Assembly: GCA_048013815.1 (NCBI GenBank)
Contig: CM106586.1
Location: 9,362,001-9,426,000, forward strand
From: Setoptus koraiensis
Taxonomy: Eukaryota > Animalia > Arthropoda
Reading direction: 5' to 3'
Length of the DNA: 64,000 nucleotides
Shown here: one piece after another, positions 39,640 through 51,864 of the stretch
How positions within the stretch are numbered: the first letter of the stretch is position 1
Layout: each line of letters opens with the position of its first letter
Notes under the pieces: model-generated
The model's database searches: none
What the model was told of the DNA's origin: nothing
The model's input: the letters and a program-made list of their open reading frames with translations, nothing else
Made by a program: the position numbers and the translations under genes

Positions 39640-40229
39640 GCTTTGTTATAAATGATGGTGCTCTTGTTGTTGCTAGTATTATTTATACACTTATTATTGA
39701 TAATGTGACAACAACGAGCACTGTTGTTGTATATTATTCCTGTATCCTTTATTATTATTATTATTGTTATTTAAATATTTATATTAAGGAGTTGTGAAAC
39801 GTGAAAATGCCTGATGACATTCAACAGTAATATAGTGCAGCTATTAATGTTTTAATGATTCTCGGTAATGAGCACTATCGCTAGTCTATTGCGAAAAAGT
39901 AACACATTTTTGCCATTTTTTAAAGCGCCAAACTTGAAATTCCTTTTTTTTTGCGACGCGACACAAACGCGCCCCCACAGCACAATCATTCCTCACGGGC
40001 ATGGCAAAAATGTGCTCTGTTGCAACGCGTCCTCCCTCTCAACGGGCATTGCCTAAACAACAAGTTCCATCCAATGTAAATACTTGATTGTTGTTATCGT
40101 TATTATTAAAGATAATTATTGTTTGCAATTCGTCATAAATGACCACCAGGCAACATTCCAGCATTACAACAGATCGAGCCTATTGCTTGTTGGCAATTTT
40201 AAAATACTCGGCAATAGGCCAGTGACACG
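39640..40229. promoter_or_regulatory. Bidirectional promoter region shared by head-to-head CHD1 and POP1
   Basis: 590 bp between two divergent start codons, AT-rich with a short CG-rich core near 39945-40030. No individual elements verified. Confidence 0.6.
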
Positions 40230-42008
40230 ATGACAACAACAAAACCGGCCAATGCCAGCACCACGACCAACGTGCCAAACCAAATAAACGTGCTCAAATT
40301 GATTGAATCGAGAATAGTCGAGATTAGGAAGTTGGACGCCGAATGCAAAAGGAAGGCACCCAAATTGGCATCTCAACGATTGCCAAGATTTATGCGACGA
40401 CGAGCAGCCAGTCACAATGTTAAGCGAATTCCAAAGTTTGCCAGGCCCCAGAAAGGGTTGATTGATGACAAGAAATCAACTAGAACTCACAAACTTTTAC
40501 TCAGATACCGACGCAGGAAATGCTTCAGAAAATGTAAACGGAGAAAAAAATCCAGGGGCACCAAGACGCCCATACACAATTGGCTGGCGAAACGTTTCAA
40601 AATGGACAAAGACACGCATTTTCCATTGGTGAACACTACAAAAAATCAGCGCAGTCTGTATCGGCAAGCTAGAGATAGTTGCGCCTATTTCTACGAGGCC
40701 AGTTTGCAACCTCTCAAAATCAAACTACAGACGAAAAGTCGAAATGTTGAGTCGTCTGTGAAATCTCTCAATAGACTATGCAATCCTGCCACCGGTTTCA
40801 CGTTCCTAGCGAACTGTATCAAAGATGGACAGTACGAAGTTTCAAGTAGCATCTACAGACTGGACCGTTATCCATTAGGTTTTATATGCCCTGTCAGAAT
40901 GACATACATGAATAAGACAACATTGCTTTTGTGGATACCTCAAGATAAGTTCGAGTCAGTATTAGAGCAAATAAAATTAGCTTTGAATGATCGCCCTACC
41001 AATGACGAAGCTGACAATGACGACGACGACGAAGTGTCTCTGGGATTGTTTCGAGCCAAAATGATGCGCTTCCGGTTGGTAGGACCAAAAAGTCCAGAAG
41101 AAGCCTCGAGGATATGCCCTTCTAATGTAGACCTGCGATCAAAACTGAGTAAACTAAGCCAGTCCTATCAGACGAGCATAGGAAGTCGAACTACAGTTGT
41201 CATGGAGCAACACCAAACAAGTATAACATTTATCCAATATAATAGTACGCCGATAATGATTGATGTAACCATTCCCATTAAGGCAAAAGGTAAATTGATC
41301 TGGTATGAATTGATTAAAAATAGATCTCATCTAATGGGAGGAATGAAGGACTTGGAGCTGTTGTCAATAAATCACCCCGAAATATCCCGTTACCCATGGT
41401 TCAACAAAGCTGACAGTGTTATTAACCATTGTGTCAATAGTAGGAAGATGATGGCCGAAATATTATGTTCAAATGGTGACGACGATAAGTTGAGTGAAGC
41501 ATTCGTTGTTCGCGACGAGCAATTTCTAGACAAGCTAACACATATGGGGCATTTTAAGAGTGTAAAGAGACTGTTGGAGGAGTACAAGAATATTATAGAT
41601 ATTGACAATGCTTTGTTGAATGTTGAGATAAGATTAGAAGGCAAAGGCAATGTAAACAAATATGATAGATTATTTATCGCAAAAAAGGAATGTTTGGAAA
41701 GGATTGTTGACGGACGCAAGAGCAACAACAACAACAAAGACGACGACGACGCTGGCGATGAAACCGTTGGCAACGCCACAGGGGATTGCGGAACATGTTG
41801 TGGCTTTATAGAGAATGGAGCATTCAGTATGTTCACTGGCTGCGAACGAGCTTACGGAGTGTTGAAATTAAATAGATTCGTCGAGTTGATTTCCAATCAG
41901 GCTAGGTTACCTGTTAGAATTGATAGATTCGACATGCGTGTCATGGTTCAGTTGAGCAAATCTGGCAATATATTGCGTCTGGCTGGGCTAGCGCCGATGC
42001 TTCAATAA
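40230..42008 (+). CDS. POP1: RNase P/MRP protein subunit POP1, 592 aa, single exon
   Basis: N-terminal POP1 motif QRLPRFMRRRAASHNVKRIP, HNWLAKRFKM (cf. HIWHAKRFHM), POPLD-like IDVTIP...LIWYELI...GG, and C-terminal CGFIENGAFSMFTG motif. Confidence 0.9.
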   Translation: MTTTKPANASTTTNVPNQINVLKLIESRIVEIRKLDAECKRKAPKLASQRLPRFMRRRAASHNVKRIPKFARPQKGLIDDKKSTRTHKLLLRYRRRKCFRKCKRRKKSRGTKTPIHNWLAKRFKMDKDTHFPLVNTTKNQRSLYRQARDSCAYFYEASLQPLKIKLQTKSRNVESSVKSLNRLCNPATGFTFLANCIKDGQYEVSSSIYRLDRYPLGFICPVRMTYMNKTTLLLWIPQDKFESVLEQIKLALNDRPTNDEADNDDDDEVSLGLFRAKMMRFRLVGPKSPEEASRICPSNVDLRSKLSKLSQSYQTSIGSRTTVVMEQHQTSITFIQYNSTPIMIDVTIPIKAKGKLIWYELIKNRSHLMGGMKDLELLSINHPEISRYPWFNKADSVINHCVNSRKMMAEILCSNGDDDKLSEAFVVRDEQFLDKLTHMGHFKSVKRLLEEYKNIIDIDNALLNVEIRLEGKGNVNKYDRLFIAKKECLERIVDGRKSNNNNKDDDDAGDETVGNATGDCGTCCGFIENGAFSMFTGCERAYGVLKLNRFVELISNQARLPVRIDRFDMRVMVQLSKSGNILRLAGLAPMLQ

Positions 42009-44789
42009 ATTGTTGTTGCGACTACTCATTGCCGACTATTACTGATAAGATAATTACAGCAGCAGCAGCGGCAAAATCAGCATGTCTCCCTCGGTAATGA
42101 TTATTATTTCTTTGACGACAGGTGTACACAATGTATGTGTCGACTTATGATCGATTGTTGTATCGTCTAGGCAACATTGTTTCAGGTTCTGAATCAGGTG
42201 TGTGTGTGTGTGTGTGTCGCAAAAACAATAACAACAAAAACACAACAACAACTAGCTCGACTGGCAGCACAACAGAGTCTGCAACAACGGCAAAAAATGA
42301 AAGTCTTTCTCTCGCATCTCGAACGCATAGAACGAATGACCATAGAATGAATGAATAACGGATGATTAAAACTTGTTCGCACAACAACAACAACAACAAC
42401 AACAAAAACAACAACAACGACGACAACAACAACAACGACAGGTAGATTCGCGCGGCGCGATTCTCTTGTAACGTTACGTAGCTTACGTAACGTAAGCGCG
42501 CCATCAATTCAGCGCGGATTTGTGTGTGTGTTGATTGAACATGAACACACAACACTGTTATTCAACTGTTGGCTATGTGTTACGTAACTCGTCATAAGAG
42601 TCATAAGAGCATGTTTCGTTTACCTTGCGAGCGTTTATCAATTATAATAATTCTGCTGTGTGATGCTCTTGTTGATATTATCGATGATACTTGTGCAAAA
42701 GTCTTCCGTCAATTGGTCTAGCATCGTTCATTTCCTACTTTTATTTGAGCTGGCATGACCAGTGAAGGCAGGCGAAAGAGATTTTCATGAACACACTCGA
42801 CACCGGCCGGCCGGCCGGCCGGCAAGCTGCCAGCGATTCGGGCCAGCGATGAACATGCACAATATGGCACTTGCATGGCGAGGGCCTTTCAACAACAGCG
42901 ACCACAACGACAACAGCGACGACTTGAACACAATCGGAACCAGTGATCTCATGACAAAAGTAGCCTGATGTTAGATTAAGACGAGACGGACAAAACGGCA
43001 ACAACGCAACAAGCTGGCAAACAATGCACTTGGTCAGCATCGGACACTTGCGAGATTTTGCCGCTGCTGCTGCTGTTGTCGTTGTGGCCGCTCAATGATG
43101 TTAGAGACTTGTCGTTGAAGGAAGCAAAGACAGAAAAATAATAATGATAATTCTGCTGCCTAGAGACTCTCTACTGGAGAGCCAGCTATTATCGCGTCCA
43201 TTGTTTGGTTTGTGTGGCGCTGTTGCCGGCCAAGGTGGCGCCAACAACTCAACTCTGGCTACCTGGTCGGCCGACTAGCTGACCAGCCGACCAGCTGACC
43301 AGCCGAGCAGGTAGCCGAATATCTTGGGACAGCATACTGCAATTTGATTACTGTTGTGTGCATGTTTTGTCACAATGCGTTGCTGATAGATGCTGGCATT
43401 ACATCATTTTGTTTGGTTGCTTACGCAACAGGTGACAACAAGTGACAAGTGTCACATGCCTCACTTCTATTCACTTCTATTCACTTCTATTAGCTGTCAC
43501 ATTGCAACTGGATCTGGTGGTCTAGCCAGACTGTGGCCGCCAGAGTAGTCGTGTGCAAGGCCAACCGAAAATGGGGCTGCGCTGCCATTACCAAGTGCGA
43601 GCAATTGCGAGAAAATCGCTGTCGCAAATGGAAGCGTAACAACGGTTTTGTTTGTCATTTGTCACATCGTTTCGCACAACTGATCTGTCGGTCTTGAATT
43701 CTGGTGGTCTGGCTGTCAGCACACACACACACACTGTGCACGAACTGAACAAAGTGAAATCAAAGTAACAACCTTCAAAATCCATGTATTAAATATCATT
43801 TTGTCGCCCACATTGAGCACGAAATAAAATGAGAGTTGTTCGCTTGTTTGGCACTTTGGTCGCATTGTTTGTAGTGTTGCGTAATGTGCACAAACACAAG
43901 GCGAGAGACAATAAGCTTCTGTTGGTAGCGGCGAATTATCGACATACCACTACTCATATTAACGTTATAGTAGTTATATCATAGTATTATATATACGTAT
44001 ATATATAGTAGGTTACGTAATAATTGGACATTAGACGATCATTGTTGCATCGCGCGCTGTGTGTTGCTGCTGTTGATTGTCGATGATCTTGAGCGATTGT
44101 TGTCGTTGCGCAAAGTTGTTTTATAGCGATACAACTATTTCACTAACAGTTGTCAGGCGCCCATTGTCTAGCCGAGCCAACCGGCTCAACTCGGCAATAA
44201 ACTCACTGGCGTCAGTGATGATCCGTGTGCGAGAAAATATGTGTCAAGTTGGCAGACATTCAATTATTATCTGCCACTGGGACACTGGCCACTGGCAGCC
44301 ATCTCACCGGCTCTGTTTTGAACAGACTGCTCTGCCCAGCGCCCTTATCCCTTATCGGATAAGTTGTCCGACGGGCTCATTCAGTGGGCTCATGCCAGCG
44401 ACTCGTTTAGTGGGCCCATTCAAGCCAAGCGATGGCTCGATGAGCGCCCATTCAAGTGACCGGCCATGTGATGGATTGAATTGGGCGCCCGATGGCCGCG
44501 CCATTCAATTCAATGCGCCGCATGCCATCCGGCAGCGACAAAAGAAAAAGGAAGAGAGAATCAAGTTTAAATACGTGACTTATTGCCCATGAGTCATGAC
44601 CAGTTGCCAAATGCCAACTGCCAACTGCCGACCAACGCCATTCTCTCTAGCTGACGACCAAAGATCACAGCCAACCAGAGATGCTGCAAACTCGACATTT
44701 TTCAATGAAAGTTGTTGCTTGAGAGTCACACATTCGCCACTCTTGGCACCTTACAGATCGCATCGTGGCCAATCGTTGCTGTTGCTGTC

Positions 44790-44821
<32 letters not shown>

Positions 44822-47456
44822 CAGTGTTGTTGTTGTCGGTGTTGTGGGCGCGCTGAGTGCATCATCGATCACGGGCAACTCGGCGCGTCGTGAGTGCACA
44901 ATGTGCGATATTGTCTATCTTTTATCGGTCGCTCCTCTCACCTTGCTCATGCTGCAACCACAGCAACGACAGCGACAACAGCGACCGACGACCGACGACC
45001 GACGACAACAGCAACAACGCCAACGACTTTCAACGCGGCCGCACTGATTGTTGGGCAACGTGATGCTTTTGTGTGTTTTTAATTCCTGGTATTTATCTGG
45101 CGCCTTGGCTGTCGTCGGCCACAATCGCTATAATTGACGAGCGAGTGTGTGCCCATATCAGTTGGCGGATCGCCGCTTGGTGAATTTATTAAGCGAATCA
45201 TCATTTATCATTGATAAGCGATCGTGTGCAACAGCGACCACATTGCACATATGGCACCTATTGCTCATTTTGGCAGCCAGCAAAACACTGCCAGTTGCAC
45301 CGTTACACAGGTGAAACAATGCACCTTGCTGCCCGGCGCTCACCAGCTCACAATAGGCTCGGCGGCCGCCAGATCCCAGACCGTTCACGCTGGCGAGACG
45401 CCGGCCGGCCGGCCGGCTCGTCTGGCCGACGCAACGGTCTTGCCAATCGATTGCCAGCTAACTTGTAAGTGAATTGTGAGCCAAATTTGAGCGGTGCACT
45501 TTGCGCCGGTACACTGTGCAAAACACCGTGTGTTTAACACAGTGCGAGTGCGTCCGGACTGCGACTGTCCGGCCGTCCGACTATACGACTGCTCGAGTGT
45601 CCGGCCGTCCGGCCGTCGGACTTTGCGACCGTGTGCGAGACTGTGTGCGAGACGGGGCATCAATCTGGCGCGCTCGTCCCGTTGTTCAAATGTCAAACAA
45701 TCACCGTTACGTAACATGATTGACTTGAGTAAACAAATTGATTGAGTGAGCACATTATCACTTTCTCAACTCAAGTGCCGCCGGTGTCGCTACTCATCGG
45801 CGAGAGACACTTGTTGCGATCGAAACTCTGCCAGCATCTCTCAGCATCCCTGCGACGTGCCACATTAATCCGGACCGGACCGGGCCGGCCCGGACAGAGC
45901 CGAGCGGAGCCGTGTGCGCAATTCGCAGAGTGCATGGGAGCTCTGACAATTGTGAGAGCGATGCTCAAATAACTCACAACTTGGCTCAAATAACATGGCA
46001 AGTTTGATTGAGAATTCATTGAGAAATTATTTGAATAATGCCAAGCCATAATAAAAACAACAAGTGCCGGCTTAACTGCTGTCGCTCGAGTGGTCGTGCC
46101 CGCCTCTGTCCACGCAATCCGTTATGCAAACCGTTATGCAATTTGTTATGCAATTTGTTATGCAATCCGTTATGCAATCTGTTCACTTGGCGTTATTTAT
46201 GGCGCGTAACAGCGCGAGCGCGCGCGCGCGCGCAACAATCCGCAAAGTCAGTCGGCTCACCTGGCTGGTTGGACCTTTCCAGTTGGTTTTAGCAGAAACT
46301 GCAGATAAAAAACTGTAAGACCGGACCGGACAGTCGAGAGAAGCGAGTGTCTTGAGTAAAGTGTAAGGGCACTTTACAACGGGAGTGGCCACTTGTTGCT
46401 CGACACACACACACTTTCACTCACAAGTCAGGCCAAGTGCTCACCTGTACAGTGTACAGGTGACTACTACAGGTGAGAGCGGACTACAGGTGAGAGCGGA
46501 CTACAGGTGAGAGCGGAGTGGATACACACTGCACAGGTGAGCAGCGGGGGAGGGAGGGGGCATTGGTGCGGTATTTGTTGTGAGTGCAGCCAGGAATTAG
46601 ACCTAACATAAACATAACGGCCTAGGATATGTGACGTAACGTAGGATGTTGCCTAATGCAGCCTGTCCAATGCGGCATGTGAGCTAGCCTCACCTGAGAT
46701 AGGCCGGCACAGGCACGGGCCATGGTCAGTGGCTTGGCTTGTTGTGATCTGAAAGTGAAAGATAGGCTAAAAGATAAAAGTGAGGGCCCAACAGCCAACA
46801 ACAGGCCGGAGTCGCTCTTGACGGCGCGCAAATTCGCCTATTGGGCACCGTCAGGCGGTGCTGTCGACACGCTCAGCCCTAACAGCTAAATAGATGAGAT
46901 GCAATTGTCGATATTTTCATTTTATATAAAACGTTGTATTATATTTCATAATTTAGTCAGTTTTGTTTTAATTATTCAAGCGGCAACACGCTGAATAATC
47001 TCTCTCGCATATTCGCTAGGCGCCCATTTAGGCAATCATTTATCACAGAATACATACATCCGCGTTCAGCGAGCCCCTTTTCGATCTGTCCATCTCTGCC
47101 CGTTTAGTTGCCCGTTAAGTTGCCCGTTAAGTTGCCCGTTAAATTGCCCGTTAAATTGCCCGTTAAATTGTCCGTTAAATTGTCCGTCCAATTGCCGAGT
47201 TGCCAATCAAGCCCCATTGCCGTCAAGTAGTATTATGGGGCCCATCAGTGTTGCGCTACCAGCACAATTACACTCGTCGACATATCGCTCAACGGAGCAG
47301 CAGGACAGCGGCAAAAAGCAGAAAAATAGTAGTAGTAATATTAAAAATAATATCAACAACAAGTCGCAACAAGTCAACAGACACCCAATCAGTAGTGAAT
47401 TGAAACAAATTAACAGCACATCGACTCACCCAATCACGCCAGACACAAAGCCAACA

Positions 47457-49388
47457 ATGAGAGCCACACTGAGAGCGGCCCGTCAGCCGAACCACCACGA
47501 GCCCAAGGGCAAAATAATCAACAAGTTGGCGCTCGTTCTGCTGTCAATCGTCATACTGGAGCTCGTGTTAATTGGTGATCAAGTTCAGCCGGTGAAGGCC
47601 ATCAAGAAGAAGATATTCCTGAAGAAACTGAAAAAGATGCTGCCCCTGCTGGCGCTCATCAAGCCCAAGAAGAAGATCATCCTGTTGCCGGTGAGTTTCC
47701 AACAATTTCGTATCCGTATATATAAATAATATCCGCCATTCATATGGATATTATATAGCTGCCATTGAATCAATGGTATTGGTAGCTCGAACAGAGGCTG
47801 TGTCGTAACTCTTTCTCTCGCTTCTCTCGCCCGTCCATTCGATCGCCCATTCGATCGCCCACTCGATCGCCCATTCGTTCGCAGATCCCCATTCCGATGC
47901 AAATGATGAAACAGAGCCACTTTGGCGGGTAAGTCCACTCAATTTCATTCACCTGTCGCGTGCCCAATCCGCTAATTGCCTAGCCGATAATTACTGCTGT
48001 GATTGCATGCCAACACTAACTTAACCGCTTGATTGCTTGCTTGCTTGACCGCCTGTCCGCTTGTTCGCCTGCCCGCCGTCGATCACGACGCAATCAAACT
48101 TTGCTTTGGTGCCCAAAAATAAACAAACAAACAACCGAAAAACCAACAAAACAACCGACAAAACAACCGACAAAACAACCAACAAAACAACCGACAAACC
48201 AACCGGCGACCAACCAAAAACACGGTGAACGAATAACGGTACGCGAATGTCGTGATTGTGCCGATTGCGCCAAACGTACGTGCACGTTTATTGGTTTATT
48301 GTGCGCTATGAAATTGTAGCCGGTACCCGACGGGTCCGTCGCTCATAATGCCCATGGGCCAAATGGACCTGAGCCAGCAGCAACCGCTCAAACCGCCCAC
48401 TAACAACGCGTATGACATGGGCTCGTCTAGCGCGCCCATGATGATGGGTAGCGTGTATCCAGAGGGCGGAGGCGGCAACGTCGGGTCGTCGGGCAACACG
48501 GGCCTCGATAGCGGCGTGCTGTCGTTGCCCCCTGCCGGCTCCACAATGCAAATGGTTGCGCCACCCACCACCATGACTATGACCATAACCGCTGGCGGTA
48601 GCTCCGAGGTCAGCTCTGCGCCGCCGTCTTTACCCACTTCCGGTGTGGGCATGATGGTGCCAGCGGCGGCGCCCGGGCCTTCGTCGCCGTTATTATTATC
48701 GCACTATCACAACAACAACAACAACAACAATGGGCCGTCGTCGGGCAATTTGCTGTCGTATCAGGCCGCGTCGGCTTCAGTGGCCCACGGCGATCCGTCC
48801 GGCGAGCTGTATTACTCTTCTCCGTACGGCTCCGGCGGCGGCGCCAGCCATAAAAATAACGCCAACAACATGCCAAACATAGCGCAATTGCAAAGCAAAA
48901 TTCAGACCAACAACAATCACGCCAGGTTGCGCTCACCTGTGCATTATGGTCAGCAGCAGCAGCAGCAGAATCACAACAGGCACCGGCAGCCGTCTTACGA
49001 CATTTCCGGTCAGCAGCAGCATCACCAGCAGCAACAGCAGCAGATGTCGATGCACGAGATAGAGATGGAGTTTTCGCCCTCGGCGCCCATACAACAGCAG
49101 CATCACCAGCAGCCCCTCAAACAGCAACAGATGATTCCCTTTTATCCCAGCGATTCCGAGCCGTCGCAATCCGCCTACAACTCGGTGGTTCATTTGCCGG
49201 TGTTGCACAACCACAACTACTATTCTGGCAAGCTAAACAACCAGCCCCAAACGAACAACAACAACAACCCAGAGCAACTGCAACAGCTGAGAGAGATCGC
49301 AGAGCCGAGCAAGTCGTCACTTCCGGTGCAGGCGCAACCCATCAAGTCGGTGGCGCACGCCAAAGTGACGTCGGCCGGCGGCTACTGA
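47457..49388 (+). CDS. Uncharacterised secreted protein, long isoform (448 aa). Exons 47457-47690, 47885-47928, 48320-49388
   Basis: Exon 1 has a hydrophobic signal (LALVLLSIVILELVLIG), then a Lys/Leu motif IKKKIFLKKLKKMLPLLALIKPKKKIILLP and donor CCG|GTGAGT. Exon 2 follows CGCAG, reads IPIPMQMMKQSHFG and ends in donor GG|GTAAGT (phase 2). Acceptor TTGTAG|C joins in frame to the 346-aa Q/N/P/S-rich ORF. Codons are GC3-rich. Confidence 0.8.
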
Positions 49389-50351
49389 GCGCCGTCTACT
49401 GGTCGCCATCTACTGGTCGCCATCTGAACTCGCACTAGCTAGCCAAACAAACAAACAAACAAACAACAAATTCATGTAAATAGATAAAATACAAATTAAA
49501 CTACCACCCGCCAAACGAGCGCTACTTGCACACGCTTGTTAGTCGACAATCGAGCTTTCGTTTGGCCCCGCTCGGGGCCCCACGACGCCCCGTAACGCGC
49601 GAACAGTTGGTGGTGTCACTGCATAATATAACTATAATTATTACAACTATAATCGCCATAATCACTATCGCAACTATCGCAACTATCGCAACTATTCGCA
49701 AGTGTCATATTCGCCGAGAGAAACAACCGCCGAAATCAAGCGCTTTCCAAGCTCTGAGCCGTCTCTGTTTGGGCGCCATTGTGCCGAGACAAACTCCAAT
49801 GACGAGACTCTGGCGATAAGAGGATATTAGAGCGGATCGCCCAACTAGACAACTAAACGACTAAACGACCAAACGACCAAACAACTAGACAATTAAATAA
49901 CTAAATAACTAAGAATATGACTAGAGAATACTACTGAAAATTAGCACAAACTGCTCGCATTGTGTGACTCGCTTTAACCCAAAACAATTGCTTGTTCCTG
50001 CTGCGCTGGCCACCGCAAAATACCAATATAATTACCGTCTTACCGCATATGTGTGGACATAATCCTAATCTATCCCTCCTCGTTTGATCCTTGTTTCCCC
50101 TTGTGCCCGCTGAACAATTGTTGCACCACCGACGTTGTTGCCACTTCCTGTTGTTAACATGTGATAACGCGTGGCCTCAATGAACACAACCGCTGTTAAT
50201 TGACCATTAATCGTCATCATTTTATCATTCACACGCAAAACAACATCCCACGACTTGACACAACAAACAAACAAACATACGAACGAACCCAATGCCTCTC
50301 TAATGAACTAATCATTAATTAACTCACTCACCTGTAACGACAACCTGTTAG

Positions 50352-50469
50352 CATGGACATGGGCATGGGTCTAGGTGGCATGGGCATGGGCATGGACTCC
50401 ATGGGTGGCTATGACATGCCGATGGGAGGCATGCAAAACATGGGCACGTACGACATGAGTGGCTACTGA
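50352..50469 (+). CDS. Alternative last exon of the 47457 gene (Met/Gly-rich, gives a 131-aa isoform)
   Basis: Acceptor CCTGTTAG|C in phase 2, matching the exon-2 donor. Reads (G)MDMGMGLGGMGMGMDSMGGYDMPMGGMQNMGTYDMSGY*. CTCAC branch-like motifs lie upstream. Ends GGCTACTGA exactly like the long exon. Confidence 0.7.
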
Positions 50470-51811
50470 TACAACTGCAATTAGTTAGTTATATGTTATA
50501 ATTAGCTAGTAATTAGTTAATTATTAGTTAATTACGTCACGTGTCGCGTTATTATGTGGCGTCATTGTTATCGTCGATATGGAATGAATAAGTGATTGCA
50601 CAACGATGAGACACAAAGTTTGTGTCTTGTATGTGTGTTTTGCCCATTATCATTATTACTATTATCGTTATTATTTTTATTTGGCAATTATCGAGCCCTC
50701 TTGCGGCCATCATCTACTACTAGTAACTACTACTGACCAATTAACTAATTTGTCCCAAACCAACCGCAACAACAACAAACACAACCAACAAACACAACCA
50801 ACAACCAACAACAACAACAACAAACAACAATGGCTGCTGGCCTTTGTCAACAATGCATTGTCGCATGATTATTGCAAACAATAACATCGAATGACCAAAT
50901 GACCCTAAACGCCGCTAAACGCCGACCAGCAAACAGCAGCAATCATCGCAGCCGCCAATTTACAAGACAAGTCGCCATTAGGATTAGCCCCATTTCACTG
51001 GACACTTGCTGGTTGGCGCCTAACAAGCTGACAAGCGGCGGCCAGTTGCAATAATTGCATAATTGGAGATGTTTCAGCAGATAACAATGCGCCACGGCGA
51101 ATGTTTGCGTGAGGCAAGTGTCATCATTATAAAGTTGTTATGCCGACGAGCATAATAGCGATCACAATTATAATCGGACAAGCGCCGGTCAAGACACAGC
51201 GCCAACATGAACTGCGACACCGACTGGCAGCCGTAGTAATTTCTGCAAACATGACTCAAATAAATCTGAAATATCATAGACATCGCCCGCTGCCGCATGC
51301 TCGTCGTCACCACTGGCTCATCCGGCGAAAATCCGGCGAAAATCCGACAAAATCCGACAAAAATCCGGCGAATATCTGACGAATATTTGTGCCGTTGTGA
51401 TGTATGCCTTGAGATATCACGGATTGGATGCGGCGGCACAGGTATCATGGCCACTCGGCAGCCCCCGTCGGACACAACATGCGAACAACATGTTCATTAT
51501 CCCAAATGTTGACGCAACCAAATGTTTACAACTTGAGCACACCAAATATTCACAACCGTTCGCAGATTATCCAGTTATTTATCCAGTTAGCCGCTTGTTG
51601 TTGTGCCACTTTAATTAGCCACAAACAAACAGCCACAAGCAATCCCTCAAATGTTATACCATGTTACGCAAGCGCATTGTTATCGTCTATTATTATATCA
51701 TCGATTACTATTATCATATCATTGATTACATGTTGTAATTGTTGAATTACACACACACACACACAAACATTGTGCACTTTTACTGTCTCTGTCCGCTTGT
51801 CTCCTTGACTC

Positions 51812-51864
51812 AACTTGCCGGCCCAACAAGTTGACGGTGAGTCAACTTGTTGGGCCGGCAAGTT
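51812..51864. repeat. Perfect 24-bp inverted repeat with 5-nt loop
   Basis: AACTTGCCGGCCCAACAAGTTGAC-GGTGA-GTCAACTTGTTGGGCCGGCAAGTT. Confidence 0.97.

Noticed and set aside
46923-46962. TATATAAAA plus Inr-like TCAGTT as core promoter of the 47457 gene
   Set aside because: Spacing (34-36 nt) is longer than canonical and the region is AT-rich. Plausible but unsupported.
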